Assembly: GCA_016181145.1 (NCBI GenBank)
Contig: JACOZW010000022.1
Location: 1 to 48,176, forward strand
DNA: 48,176 nucleotides
Reading direction: 5' to 3'
Origin: Candidatus Yanofskybacteria bacterium
GTDB lineage: Bacteria; Patescibacteriota; Minisyncoccia; 2-02-FULL-40-12; GWA2-44-9
The position numbers were made by a program, and so were the translations under genes. Position 1 is the stretch's first letter; the number at the start of each line of letters is the position of its first letter. The notes under the pieces were generated by a model that saw only the letters and a program-made list of their open reading frames with translations, was not told the DNA's origin and ran no database searches. Shown here piece by piece: positions 1-12,108 of this stretch.

Positions 1-87
1 CTTACCACTAGTCCGACATGGCGAAAATTCTTTATTACATTTTGATTTTCCAATTGCTATCTCCAAGCTGGAAAAGAACTTCGCCAT

Positions 88-116
88 ATACTACAACTTA
101 AAACATTTTCTGTCAA
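88..116 (-). promoter_or_regulatory. sigma70-like promoter firing out of the left window edge
   Basis: Minus strand reads TTGACA-17 nt-TAGTAT, just past the stop of ORF 119..1840. Confidence 0.45.
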
Positions 117-118
117 AG

Positions 119-1840
119 CTATGGTGATTTTCTTATCTTTGTATTTTTTCTGATATATATAAGAGCCCCCTTGCGATATAAATCAGGATTCAGCGGATAA
201 AAATTTTCTCCCTTTACGGTTTTTTGCAATTTGAAATTCTTCGATAAATAGTTTTCGGTTATTTTATAAATTTCATTATTAAGATTACCGCCAGCCCAGT
301 CTGTATTAGGATAATCCGGCAAGATAACGGCCGTATCAACTTTTTCGAGATTTTGTTTAAATGAATTTATGAAGTTATCTCCATATAACCTGGGCATTAT
401 AATATAGTTGAAAACGTCACTATTCAGACCCATAAAAGGTTTATAATCTACCAGGCGGGCTACAGTAGAATATCCGCCCAAAATTAAGACCTCATTGCTT
501 CTTTCTTTTAATGTTTCGGATAGTGCGTCAGCAAGTTCGTAAGTAAATAGTTTCGTCCCTTCTTGTTTTCTCGAGGCGGCGTAGCTTTGCTTTTCGCCGT
601 AACGATAAAAATTATAAGTTTGAGGGAAGATAAATATAATAATTATTAAAATAAAAATCGGATTTTTCACTGTATCCTTATTAAATTTGAGCTTACCCAG
701 GGTATAAGACAGTAAAATTGCATGAAGAGAGATGATAGGGGCCAAGTGTCTCGGACTGCCATAGGCCGTACCAATAAGCGAGGTGACAACAATTATTGTG
801 CTGAAAAGTATTAATAAAATTTGTGGGAAGTCTTTTCGAAAAAAATCAACCAGATCAGCTGCTGAATATCTATTTTTTAAGAATAATAATTTACCTAAAT
901 AGGTTAGGGCTGCTATGAAATTTATCCAAAAAATCGGATAAATATGATTTTCGAATTGAGGCAGGCCCAAAAGTATAATTTGCTTCACCCTCCTTAGCAA
1001 CACATCATAAAGAGGATCAGTCCCATTAACATATCCTATGCGGGGGACATCAATTAGCCATTTTTTAAGATCAATAAAGAAGTTGGGTGAGCCATTATAA
1101 GAAATACTGATTATAGAGGCTGACCCCAGTATAAAAGCAGAAATAAAAGAAAAGGAAAAAATAAGATTGTGTTTTATCGGTAAGCGGAATTGTTTCGGCA
1201 ATAAATTAGTAGCCAGAAAAAGGCCCATCATAAAAAAAGGAAAGATATGAACTTGGCGTCCCCAAAAAGCCAAGCTAAAAATAAATCCGGATAAAGCCGA
1301 AAGATATATTTTTTTCTTGACTGAATAGACGGTATCAATTTTATTTGCCTGTCTATACCGCTCTTGTGCATGAAGGAGGCAGGCGAATACGGGAATAAAT
1401 AAGAACACGCTTAGCAATTCCAGGCTATGGTAAAAAAGAGGCACGGCGATATTTCTACCGGCATCGAATTGACGGGCAGTAATAGTAACAAGCGTAATTA
1501 ACGAGGTTAGTAGGGATATTTTCTTGGATTTAGTTAGGAAAATAGAGATAGCATAGATTAAAATAGCGTAGAAAGAGTAAATAAAAAAATGCATTATGAA
1601 GCGATTGGTAAAATCGGAAAAACTCAGACCATAAACAAACGAGAAAATATAAGGGAATACGGGCAGGCGATAATCATAATAATCTATAAATAAGAGACCG
1701 CCCCTGTGGATAATATACGACAGATCCATATAGGTCGTGGTATCAGATCCGATTATCATCCCCTTGTCCAAATAAAAAATCAGAGCAACAATGCTTATAA
1801 TTATAATAATATAGATTATCTTTTTTATAGTATTTAGCAT
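119..1840 (-). CDS. Polytopic membrane protein, probable GT-C fold (ArnT/PMT-like) glycosyltransferase
   Basis: 573 aa, many TM segments, first-loop D (SDTTTY) then YYDYRLP; lies downstream of a GT2 in a glycan locus. Confidence 0.6.
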   Translation of the reverse strand: MLNTIKKIIYIIIIISIVALIFYLDKGMIIGSDTTTYMDLSYIIHRGGLLFIDYYDYRLPVFPYIFSFVYGLSFSDFTNRFIMHFFIYSFYAILIYAISIFLTKSKKISLLTSLITLVTITARQFDAGRNIAVPLFYHSLELLSVFLFIPVFACLLHAQERYRQANKIDTVYSVKKKIYLSALSGFIFSLAFWGRQVHIFPFFMMGLFLATNLLPKQFRLPIKHNLIFSFSFISAFILGSASIISISYNGSPNFFIDLKKWLIDVPRIGYVNGTDPLYDVLLRRVKQIILLGLPQFENHIYPIFWINFIAALTYLGKLLFLKNRYSAADLVDFFRKDFPQILLILFSTIIVVTSLIGTAYGSPRHLAPIISLHAILLSYTLGKLKFNKDTVKNPIFILIIIIFIFPQTYNFYRYGEKQSYAASRKQEGTKLFTYELADALSETLKERSNEVLILGGYSTVARLVDYKPFMGLNSDVFNYIIMPRLYGDNFINSFKQNLEKVDTAVILPDYPNTDWAGGNLNNEIYKITENYLSKNFKLQKTVKGENFYPLNPDLYRKGALIYIRKNTKIRKSP

Positions 1841-1860
1841 TTAGCGATATTTTGAATTGA

Positions 1861-2580
1861 TTATTTACGAGCCGATATGAAGATTGATTGAGAGACCATT
1901 CTCAGGAGCGGAACCTTCTCCAATAGTTGACCTAGTACGATGGAGGGACGGATTAGAAAGGCGGGTATATTAGGAAGTAAAAAATCTTTGTATTCTACCT
2001 CTGGATCTATAAATCCAGACGAGATAAGTTTCGCCGTTATAAATTTTTTACTAAAAGCCATTTCTCCTGGTTCTAGCCTGGCAATTTTTCTAAGGTAGGC
2101 CAGCTTGAATATAGAGAAGCAATAGGGATTGAATATATTGGGTTCTAAAAAAATTATTTTGCCGTCCTCATTTAGCAGTGTGTGGATTTTTTTCAACACA
2201 TCATCAAGATTATAAAAAAAATGATGTAAAACTCCATTTCCGACTATATAATCAAATTTTTTATCTTGGAAAAACTGACCGAATGATTTATCGTCATTAA
2301 AATCTAAAACATCATAAGATAGATTTGGTCTGCGGTAATCTTCTTTAGCTTGATCTATGAATGTTCGACATATATCAATTCCAAGAACTTGTTGTTCTGT
2401 TTTCTGGGCAAGCAGGTTTGCTAATTCTCCGGTACCACAGCCTATCTCCATGATTTTGATTTTCTGATCTAATCTCATTTTGCCGATCATATAGGCGCAC
2501 CGCCTTTCGGTTCTGATTGTAAGGGCTTTTGATGGCCTAAATCCTTGATTATATCCTTTGTCGTCCCTAATGCTGGTCAT
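1861..2580 (-). CDS. Class I SAM-dependent methyltransferase
   Basis: Motif I MEIGCGTG, GID, FDYIV, LHH, GKIIFLEPN. Confidence 0.9.
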   Translation of the reverse strand: MTSIRDDKGYNQGFRPSKALTIRTERRCAYMIGKMRLDQKIKIMEIGCGTGELANLLAQKTEQQVLGIDICRTFIDQAKEDYRRPNLSYDVLDFNDDKSFGQFFQDKKFDYIVGNGVLHHFFYNLDDVLKKIHTLLNEDGKIIFLEPNIFNPYCFSIFKLAYLRKIARLEPGEMAFSKKFITAKLISSGFIDPEVEYKDFLLPNIPAFLIRPSIVLGQLLEKVPLLRMVSQSIFISARK

Positions 2581-3539
2581 GGTCGGTTATTTTTTATTTT
2601 TCGGTGATCATTTAAAATTTCCTGGGTAATATATTGCGGTCTTTGTTTTGACTCTTCAAATATGCGAGCCAGATATTCTCCAATTATGGCGAGCGAAAGC
2701 AGCTGGATTGAGCCTAGGAACAATACTACGATAATAAGGGTGGCGAATCCCTGGGGCGCTCCCTTTATAAAATAAAAGATCAAATAATAAAATATTGCTA
2801 TCATCGCCGTAGTCATCGTGAAAAAAGCGATTCGAGAGACCAATTCCATAGGAGCATAAGAGAAAGAGAAGATTGCCTTTCGTGCCCATTTTGTGTTTGC
2901 GACTATGCTGTTAGTCGACTTTCCCGAAAAACGTTCCGGTCTGGTGTAGGGAACGCCTATCTGCTTGAATCCTGCCCAAGCGCGGAGTCCTCTGATAAAT
3001 CTGTCCCGCTCTGGCATGGCGGTAATGATATCGACTATTTTTCGATCCATAATCGAAAAATCACCTACATCACGAGGTATACGCACATAAGATAGTCGGT
3101 CGAATATAACGTAAAAAAGATGATAGATCTGCTCCTTAATTTTACCCATGCTTAGTTCTCGTTTCCTGCGTATACCATAGACGACATCATATCCAAGCCT
3201 CCATTTAGCTATAAATTCAGGGATTAACTCCGGTGGATCCTGAAGATCTCCATCCATTATGACTACGGCTTGGCCGATTGCCTGTTTCATGCCGGCGGTA
3301 AAAGCATTCTGAGCGCCGAAGTTACGTGATTGCGTCATAACAGTTACGCTTTTGTCTTTGGATGCTATGTCTTTTAAGATATCGCCCGCTTTATCGGGGC
3401 TCGCATCATTCACAAAAATAATCTCATATTCAATATCAATCTTAGACAGAACAGAGGTCAGGCGCCTATGCATTTCCGTAATATTTCCTTCATCGCGATA
3501 GCATGTCACTACAACTGAAATAAGTGGCTTTGTTTCCAT
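2577..3539 (-). CDS. GT2 polyprenol-phosphate glycosyltransferase (GtrB/ArnC-like)
   Basis: FVNDASPD, SRNFGAQNA, MDGDLQDPPE, two C-terminal TM helices, IIGEYLARIFEESKQRPQY. Confidence 0.92.
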   Translation of the reverse strand: METKPLISVVVTCYRDEGNITEMHRRLTSVLSKIDIEYEIIFVNDASPDKAGDILKDIASKDKSVTVMTQSRNFGAQNAFTAGMKQAIGQAVVIMDGDLQDPPELIPEFIAKWRLGYDVVYGIRRKRELSMGKIKEQIYHLFYVIFDRLSYVRIPRDVGDFSIMDRKIVDIITAMPERDRFIRGLRAWAGFKQIGVPYTRPERFSGKSTNSIVANTKWARKAIFSFSYAPMELVSRIAFFTMTTAMIAIFYYLIFYFIKGAPQGFATLIIVVLFLGSIQLLSLAIIGEYLARIFEESKQRPQYITQEILNDHRKIKNNRP

Positions 3540-3549
3540 TTTGGTTATG

Positions 3550-4293
3550 TTAATCTTTTTTCAATAAATGTGCCAGCAGGCTAAAAAATGAATCTGGTAG
3601 AATTAGGGATAATCGCATAAACATAGTGGTTGGAGCGGGAAAGAAATAAGAGCCCGATTTTTTCTTAAAAACAGACTCGATAAATATTGCAGCTTTCTCC
3701 GCCGATGGCGTAAGAAAATTTTCTTTGCCTTCCCACATCTCCGTAGCCACCGGCCCAAAATGAATAGTTGAGAAACGGACACCGGAGGAGGGGTAATTTA
3801 GTCGTAGACCCCTAAAGGCCATTGAAAGAGCGGCTTTGGTTGCGCCGTATGTCACATGATTTTTAGATGGGCGATAGGCAGCCGTCGAAGATATACCGAT
3901 AAAAATTCCGGAATGGCGCCGCATAAAATCAGGCATAAATTCGGCCACCCAGAAAAGTCCGCCCTCAATATTAACCCTGCTCATTAATTGAACTTTCTCA
4001 AATGACAATCCGGATAATGGATGAGCATCTTCAGACCTGACTCCCGCACATAATACAACTATATCCGGTATAAATTCGTTTGCTCTCATATCTTGGATAA
4101 TTTTTTTGGAGGTGTCTATATCCTGGACGTCGCAAACAGAAATATGCAGGTTATCGCTCCCGATTTTTTCTTTGAGGCTATGGAGTAATTCTTTACGGCG
4201 GGCTAATCCCCATACTTCATGCCCCCTTTTTATGAGTCGTATGGCTAAAGCCTTTCCTATGCCCGATGATATCCCGCTGATAAAAATTTTCAT
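3550..4293 (-). CDS. Short-chain dehydrogenase/reductase
   Basis: SGISSGIG Rossmann motif and catalytic YGATK. Confidence 0.88.
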   Translation of the reverse strand: MKIFISGISSGIGKALAIRLIKRGHEVWGLARRKELLHSLKEKIGSDNLHISVCDVQDIDTSKKIIQDMRANEFIPDIVVLCAGVRSEDAHPLSGLSFEKVQLMSRVNIEGGLFWVAEFMPDFMRRHSGIFIGISSTAAYRPSKNHVTYGATKAALSMAFRGLRLNYPSSGVRFSTIHFGPVATEMWEGKENFLTPSAEKAAIFIESVFKKKSGSYFFPAPTTMFMRLSLILPDSFFSLLAHLLKKD

Positions 4294-5198
4294 TTCATTA
4301 ATTTTGTAATTTCTTTAGCTATGGAATTTGGATCCAGGCCACTGATTTTTTGATGATATGCCTGGCTCCCATAGAGTCCATTAGGATAACCTTTGGCGCA
4401 AAGGCTAGTTAATTTGCAGAGAACATTATTTTTCAATAGAAGTAAAGACAGGTTTTCAGCAAGCCCCCCGCGGCTTACATGCTCTTCTAGTACGATAACT
4501 TTTCGCGTTCGTCGAATACTCTTTATCAATTCTAGCGGCAATTTATCCAAAGGCATCTCTGAGATAGCAAATATATCGACTGGGTTAGAAATTTTTATCA
4601 GTTCTAGCGATTTTAATGCATTTAGGATTATTGGTCCCATAGCAATGATCGTGGCATATTTACCGCCAACTAGTTTCTGCGCGGGGAAGTATCTTTTTAG
4701 CTTTAACCAATGAGGGGCAGCTCCTGCACCAAGCCTCAAATAAGAAGGTCCCTTTTGCCTAACCATTGTTTTAACTATATCGCTAACACTTTCGTTGCAA
4801 AAAGGAATGTAGCATTTCATGTTCTGTATTGAGGACATTAGCGCTATATCTTCAATTGCGTGATGAGTTGCTCCCATAATGCCATATCCGTATCCGCCGC
4901 CGTTGCCCACTATCTTTACATTCATATTATGGAGACCAACATCGATTTTAATCTGCTCAGCTGGTCTAAAGACTGCGAATGGAGCAATACTGTAACATAT
5001 TGGCGTGAAACCCTGTGAGGCCAGGCCAGCGGCCATAGATATCATGTTTTGTTCGGAAACCCCGGCATTAATAAATCTGTTCCCGATAGCCTTCTTTATG
5101 TTTTCAAGTGCCAAAAAACCGAGATCGCCAGTTAAAAAAATTATTTTTTTATCTATTATCGCAAGATCCTCAATAGTTTTTGAAAATTCCTTACGCAT
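4290..5198 (-). CDS. Transketolase C-terminal subunit
   Basis: LTGDLG, NAGVSEQNM, GATHHAIED, LEEH. Start moved to the ATG at 5198 (MRKEF), which overlaps the upstream stop. Confidence 0.9.
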   Translation of the reverse strand: MRKEFSKTIEDLAIIDKKIIFLTGDLGFLALENIKKAIGNRFINAGVSEQNMISMAAGLASQGFTPICYSIAPFAVFRPAEQIKIDVGLHNMNVKIVGNGGGYGYGIMGATHHAIEDIALMSSIQNMKCYIPFCNESVSDIVKTMVRQKGPSYLRLGAGAAPHWLKLKRYFPAQKLVGGKYATIIAMGPIILNALKSLELIKISNPVDIFAISEMPLDKLPLELIKSIRRTRKVIVLEEHVSRGGLAENLSLLLLKNNVLCKLTSLCAKGYPNGLYGSQAYHQKISGLDPNSIAKEITKLMK

Positions 5199-6018
5199 TT
5201 TTAGTGAAATTTTCTTTTTTCGATTTCTCGTACTGCTCATCATTCATAGACAGGTAGTGCCACTCCATGCGGTCCTGCATAAAAGAAACACCGTTTCCCT
5301 TGATAGTTTTTGCAATAATGCACTTAGGTTTTTTAGAATTTATCTGATCTAAAACGGAGAAGGCGCTTTTCAGGTTATTAAAATCATTTCCGTTTTTTGC
5401 CACAACTACATCGAAGTTGAAAGATTTCCACTTATTTTCCAAAGATTCCATATTTAATACCTCGCTTGTTTTTCCAAATCCCTGGATTCCATTGTTATCT
5501 ATTATGACCAATAAGTTATTCAAATTATGGTGGGCAGCAAACATTGCCGCTTCCCAGGTCGAGCCCTCATTGCAGTCTCCGTCAGACAATATGCAATAAA
5601 TATTCATTTTTCTTTCAGTAAACTTTGTTGATAGTGCAAGTCCGGCGGACAGGGACAGGCCATGACCAAGACTGCCTGTGCCGAATATTATACCGCCTAT
5701 TTTATTTAATCCACAGGGCGGGTGGGCGGCTAGATAAGTGCCGTCCTTATAGTGGGTGCTCATTATCTTCGGAGATATTTTACCCATTTCAGCCAGTACT
5801 GAATAAAGAGCGGAGGAACCATGTCCTTTTGAAAGAATAAATTTATCCTCAGGATTCATTCTGAAGAAATGTAGGTATATCAATAATTCTGCGCACGACA
5901 AAGACGAACCGATATGACCGGCATTTGCCGCTTTATGCAAATCTAGAATTCTATTCACGCAGCTAAACCTAAGTCTATTGAATTCTAGCTGATCCTTGTA
6001 TGTTTTTGCTCGCATCAC
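5191..6018 (-). CDS. Transketolase N-terminal (TPP-binding) subunit
   Basis: GHIGSSLS, LSKGH, TGSLGHGL, SDGDCNEG...WEA, TIKG. Confidence 0.92.
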   Translation of the reverse strand: MMRAKTYKDQLEFNRLRFSCVNRILDLHKAANAGHIGSSLSCAELLIYLHFFRMNPEDKFILSKGHGSSALYSVLAEMGKISPKIMSTHYKDGTYLAAHPPCGLNKIGGIIFGTGSLGHGLSLSAGLALSTKFTERKMNIYCILSDGDCNEGSTWEAAMFAAHHNLNNLLVIIDNNGIQGFGKTSEVLNMESLENKWKSFNFDVVVAKNGNDFNNLKSAFSVLDQINSKKPKCIIAKTIKGNGVSFMQDRMEWHYLSMNDEQYEKSKKENFTKNA

Positions 6019-6030
6019 TTTTTAACCCGT

Positions 6031-7842
6031 TTATTTATCTTTAACGTGATAGCTCTTATATAGATACGAGTCAGCATTCTTTATTAATTCATCGGGAGTA
6101 CCCGTCTCAATAAGTTTTCCGCCGTCAAGAACAATAAGTCTGTCAGAGTTCATTACGGTAGATAGGCGGTGGGCGATTGCCAAAACAGTGATCTTCCCTT
6201 TAAGGCCATTTATTGCTTCTTGGATTAGTGACTCTGACTCATTATCTAAAGAACTGGTTGCCTCGTCGAGAATTAAGAGTGATGGCTTCTTAGCTAAAAC
6301 TCTGGCTAAAGAAATACGCTGTCTTTGGCCCCCAGATAGCTTAACTCCGCGTTCACCGACCTGCGTCTCAAATTTATTTGGCAGATCTTGTATAAAGTCA
6401 TAGATATTAGCCATTTTAGCGGCAGTTATAATGTCTTCGTGGCGTATAGAATCATCATAAAAACGTATATTAGTTTCGACTGTGTCATTAAGCAGAAAGA
6501 TATCTTGGGATACGTAACCGATATTCTTCCTCCAGCCTTTTAAATCTATTGAATCAATATCAATATTATCAACGGCGATAGCCCCTTCCTGGGGCTTTAA
6601 GAGGCGCAAGAAGAGATCAACGAGGGTTGTCTTGCCAGATCCGGATGGTCCGATTAAGCCGATCATCTCACCTTTTTTGATTGAGAAATCTATATTCGAG
6701 AGCGTATTTATATCTGTACCCGGATAGGCAAAGGTAATTTCTTTAACACTCATGACCTCCTCGAATTTAAATGATTTATTGCCAGATGATTTTTCTTGGT
6801 TTTTATCTACGCTATTTTGATATTCGAGCATCGTATTCAGATAAGTGAATGAAGAGTTAATGGTATTGAGTTTTGTTTGGATAGCTTGTATGAATGAATA
6901 CATCTTCTGGATTAGGTAAACAATTACCGCAAAAGAAGCTATGTTAAAATCAGGAGATTTATAATGATAAATAAATAACCCCGAAACGAATAGAAGAGAA
7001 ACCGGTTCGAACATTGCGTTTTGGATATTACCTATCAGTGAAATTTTAAGCTGGGTTTTTCTTAAGTTCTCCAGGTACTGAGAACTTTTTTTAACTACAG
7101 CTGATTCAACGGCAAAGGCTTTTAGGGTTTTGGCTCCAATTAAACTCTCATTGAAAATATGGCTTAGCTCCTTATTGCCCACATTCAAATATCTGGAAAG
7201 TTTGCGCGCTTTATATAGGAGAGGCTTTAAGGATATAAAAATAAGCGCCCCTCCTATCATAGATATGGCAGTAACCGTCGAGGATATTCTAAAAGCAATA
7301 AATGCGTAAGCTATTAAACTTGCAATACGGACCAGGACATCGCTTATAGCCATGATAATGGCTCCGCTCGAGGAGACGTCACCGGTAATAATTCGATCAA
7401 GATACCCGACTTTTTGATTCATTAGGAATGACCAATCTGATCCCAGGGTTTTTTTAAAAAGCATGGAACTATTGTCGCGCACATAATTTCCGTCAATTGA
7501 TTCATTAATATAATTAGCCAAGATAATAATTCCGGCCTTAGCGACGAAAAGCGAAACCATCAATCCCAAAATAAGCGGCAGATTGTAACCTAAGTGGAAG
7601 AAGGCTAAAGTTTTACTTACGAAGTGATGAAAAGTGCTGCCGGCACCTCCATCTTGCTGTGTTACAAAAGCGAAAAGAGGAATGAGCATGCCGATACCTA
7701 GGCCGCCTAACATACCACCAAGGAATCCTAATCCTGTCATAACCAAAAACTGGAGCCTGTATTTCCAGAAGGCATATTTTAAAACCTTTAGTGCCCTGTA
7801 GACTTTAACTGTACCAGAGAAAAATGTTGCTATCTTCTCCAT
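6031..7842 (-). CDS. ABC exporter with fused permease and ATPase (MsbA/PglK-like)
   Basis: N-terminal TM domain, Walker A GPSGSGKT, LSGGQRQR, LILDEATS, IAHRLST. Confidence 0.92.
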   Translation of the reverse strand: MEKIATFFSGTVKVYRALKVLKYAFWKYRLQFLVMTGLGFLGGMLGGLGIGMLIPLFAFVTQQDGGAGSTFHHFVSKTLAFFHLGYNLPLILGLMVSLFVAKAGIIILANYINESIDGNYVRDNSSMLFKKTLGSDWSFLMNQKVGYLDRIITGDVSSSGAIIMAISDVLVRIASLIAYAFIAFRISSTVTAISMIGGALIFISLKPLLYKARKLSRYLNVGNKELSHIFNESLIGAKTLKAFAVESAVVKKSSQYLENLRKTQLKISLIGNIQNAMFEPVSLLFVSGLFIYHYKSPDFNIASFAVIVYLIQKMYSFIQAIQTKLNTINSSFTYLNTMLEYQNSVDKNQEKSSGNKSFKFEEVMSVKEITFAYPGTDINTLSNIDFSIKKGEMIGLIGPSGSGKTTLVDLFLRLLKPQEGAIAVDNIDIDSIDLKGWRKNIGYVSQDIFLLNDTVETNIRFYDDSIRHEDIITAAKMANIYDFIQDLPNKFETQVGERGVKLSGGQRQRISLARVLAKKPSLLILDEATSSLDNESESLIQEAINGLKGKITVLAIAHRLSTVMNSDRLIVLDGGKLIETGTPDELIKNADSYLYKSYHVKDK

Positions 7843-8093
7843 ACTGATTTTTTATTATTATTCAATCCTCCGCAAGATATAAGAAATCTATCAGTTTTTG
7901 AAAGAAAACTCAAGGAAATATGGGCTAAAAACTTAGCCGATTGGAGGGGGATAATAATCGATTATTCTATGAATAGGCCTATGGGCGGCTTGAGATTAGT
8001 AATCTAGCGAGTTGGGGGCTATATAGGTTTGGCGGTTTTCAGGATATCAAATGTGTTTCTGAGTATAAAATCAAGATTGTTTGAAGATGCGTT

Positions 8094-10610
<2,517 letters not shown>

Positions 10611-10681
10611 AATTAGGATATAATAGTTGATTATTTTAATTTTTACAACCCCTAGTTTTTGTTGTATGATTTTTATTGTCA

Positions 10682-12013
10682 ATGCATAAGCTAAAAGAAA
10701 AAATAGATTATTATCGCCAGCACTGGTTTGTTAGGAGCGTGGCTACTCTTCAGGCCGGAAGTTTTGCCGGGACCTTGGTTCAGGCTCTTGCCGGCGTGTT
10801 TTTAGCACGATTGCTCCAGCCGGAGCTGTTTGGTGTTTATTCGCTCGCTTTTGGTTTGGCTAGTCTTGGTGGTTTGCTTTTAGGAGCAGGAACGCAGGAA
10901 GCTGTCTCGACTCTTTTAGGATCGGCCTATGCAAAACAAAACAGCGAAGAAGTGAAAGAGGCACTGGCATTTTTAATAAAGCTCACTCTTTACGCCGGAT
11001 TGATAACGATATTTCTTCTTTTATTTTTTCCGATGGTATCAAATTACTTCTATGGCGATCCGGCGATCGGGTGGTATGCTGGCATAGTTGTTCTGGCGGT
11101 ATTTTTGTCTAGCTCTTTCAGTGCAGTTGTCCAACTGGCCCTTCAGGTTTCCGGCCGGATAAAAATATTGACCTTAATTATTTTTGGTGACCAATTTTTA
11201 CGTTTTAGCATCTCACTACTGTTTGTCTTTTTAGGCCTGGGAGTTCTGGGTGCTGTAGCAGGTCAGTTTGTGGGGGCGGCAGTTATATTCGTTATATCGC
11301 TTTTTATCTGGGAGCGTTTACGGAGACAACATCCGATATTTCCATCGCTAAGAGGCCTAATAAGCGACATTAGGGAGGTCTCGGTACAAAAATATTTTGG
11401 TTTCAGTTTTTGGGTGGCTGTGGATAGAAATATAGGCAATCTATACATGGCTTTGCCTGTGGTTCTAACCGGTATTTATGTTTCTACCGGCGAGGTGTCT
11501 TTTTTTAAACTGGCCTTTGGCTTTGTTAACTTAGCATTAAGTCTTCTTGGTCCGATTTCAATGTTGCTTAATATTGAATTTCCGAAAATGCAGATTGAAG
11601 ATTCGGCAAAGTTTGCCAGGAATTTTGTTAGAGTTTCGGTTTACGGAGTTTTTCTTTCTTTGGGATTGACTTTGGCTGCTGTTATTGCCGCTCCTTTTGT
11701 TTTCAGGATTTTATATGGTGATAGTTTCTTGCCCAGCATAAAGTATATATTCGGACTATTTATTTACGGGGCTTTGTACGGGATAGGGGTCGGATTAGGA
11801 CCGATGTGGCGGGCCATTAATAAAGTTAAAGTTTCCATAGCCATCAATCTGATTATTTTGGGAGTAGGTATCCCGCTAGGCCTTTTGTTGATAAAGGGCT
11901 TTGGTTCGTGGGGCTCGGTAATAATGGTGACCTTATTGTTTACCGTGTCTCATTTTATATCGTTCATTTATCTGATGAGAGATTTAAAATTGAAATATCA
12001 AAATGGAAAATGA
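10682..12013 (+). CDS. Oligosaccharide flippase (Wzx/MOP family)
   Basis: About 12 TM segments, [13 protein letters not shown] signature, glycan-locus context. Confidence 0.85.
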   Translation: MHKLKEKIDYYRQHWFVRSVATLQAGSFAGTLVQALAGVFLARLLQPELFGVYSLAFGLASLGGLLLGAGTQEAVSTLLGSAYAKQNSEEVKEALAFLIKLTLYAGLITIFLLLFFPMVSNYFYGDPAIGWYAGIVVLAVFLSSSFSAVVQLALQVSGRIKILTLIIFGDQFLRFSISLLFVFLGLGVLGAVAGQFVGAAVIFVISLFIWERLRRQHPIFPSLRGLISDIREVSVQKYFGFSFWVAVDRNIGNLYMALPVVLTGIYVSTGEVSFFKLAFGFVNLALSLLGPISMLLNIEFPKMQIEDSAKFARNFVRVSVYGVFLSLGLTLAAVIAAPFVFRILYGDSFLPSIKYIFGLFIYGALYGIGVGLGPMWRAINKVKVSIAINLIILGVGIPLGLLLIKGFGSWGSVIMVTLLFTVSHFISFIYLMRDLKLKYQNGK

Positions 12014-12082
12014 CACTGTAAAATTATAAAATTTTAGGATTTTAGATTGTAATTTTAAACTTTGATTTTTGCATTTTAAACT
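11983..12082. repeat. AT-rich ~100-bp dispersed element, copy 1
   Basis: AAATATCAAAATGGAAAATGACA (11993-12015) is the exact reverse complement of 18584-18606, and the rest aligns imperfectly. Confidence 0.7.
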
Positions 12083-12108
12083 AAATCCCTGTAATATAGA
12101 TAATTGCC

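Noticed and set aside
1-30. tRNA 5' end at the left edge (minus strand ...GGACTAGTGGTAAG)
   Set aside because: It resembles a D-loop but the spacing is off by one and the sequence is cut by the window edge, so it cannot be supported
7843-8093. 250-bp gap between the ABC exporter and gmhA as a possible RNA element
   Set aside because: Only weak, short inverted repeats and a possible promoter; no convincing structure
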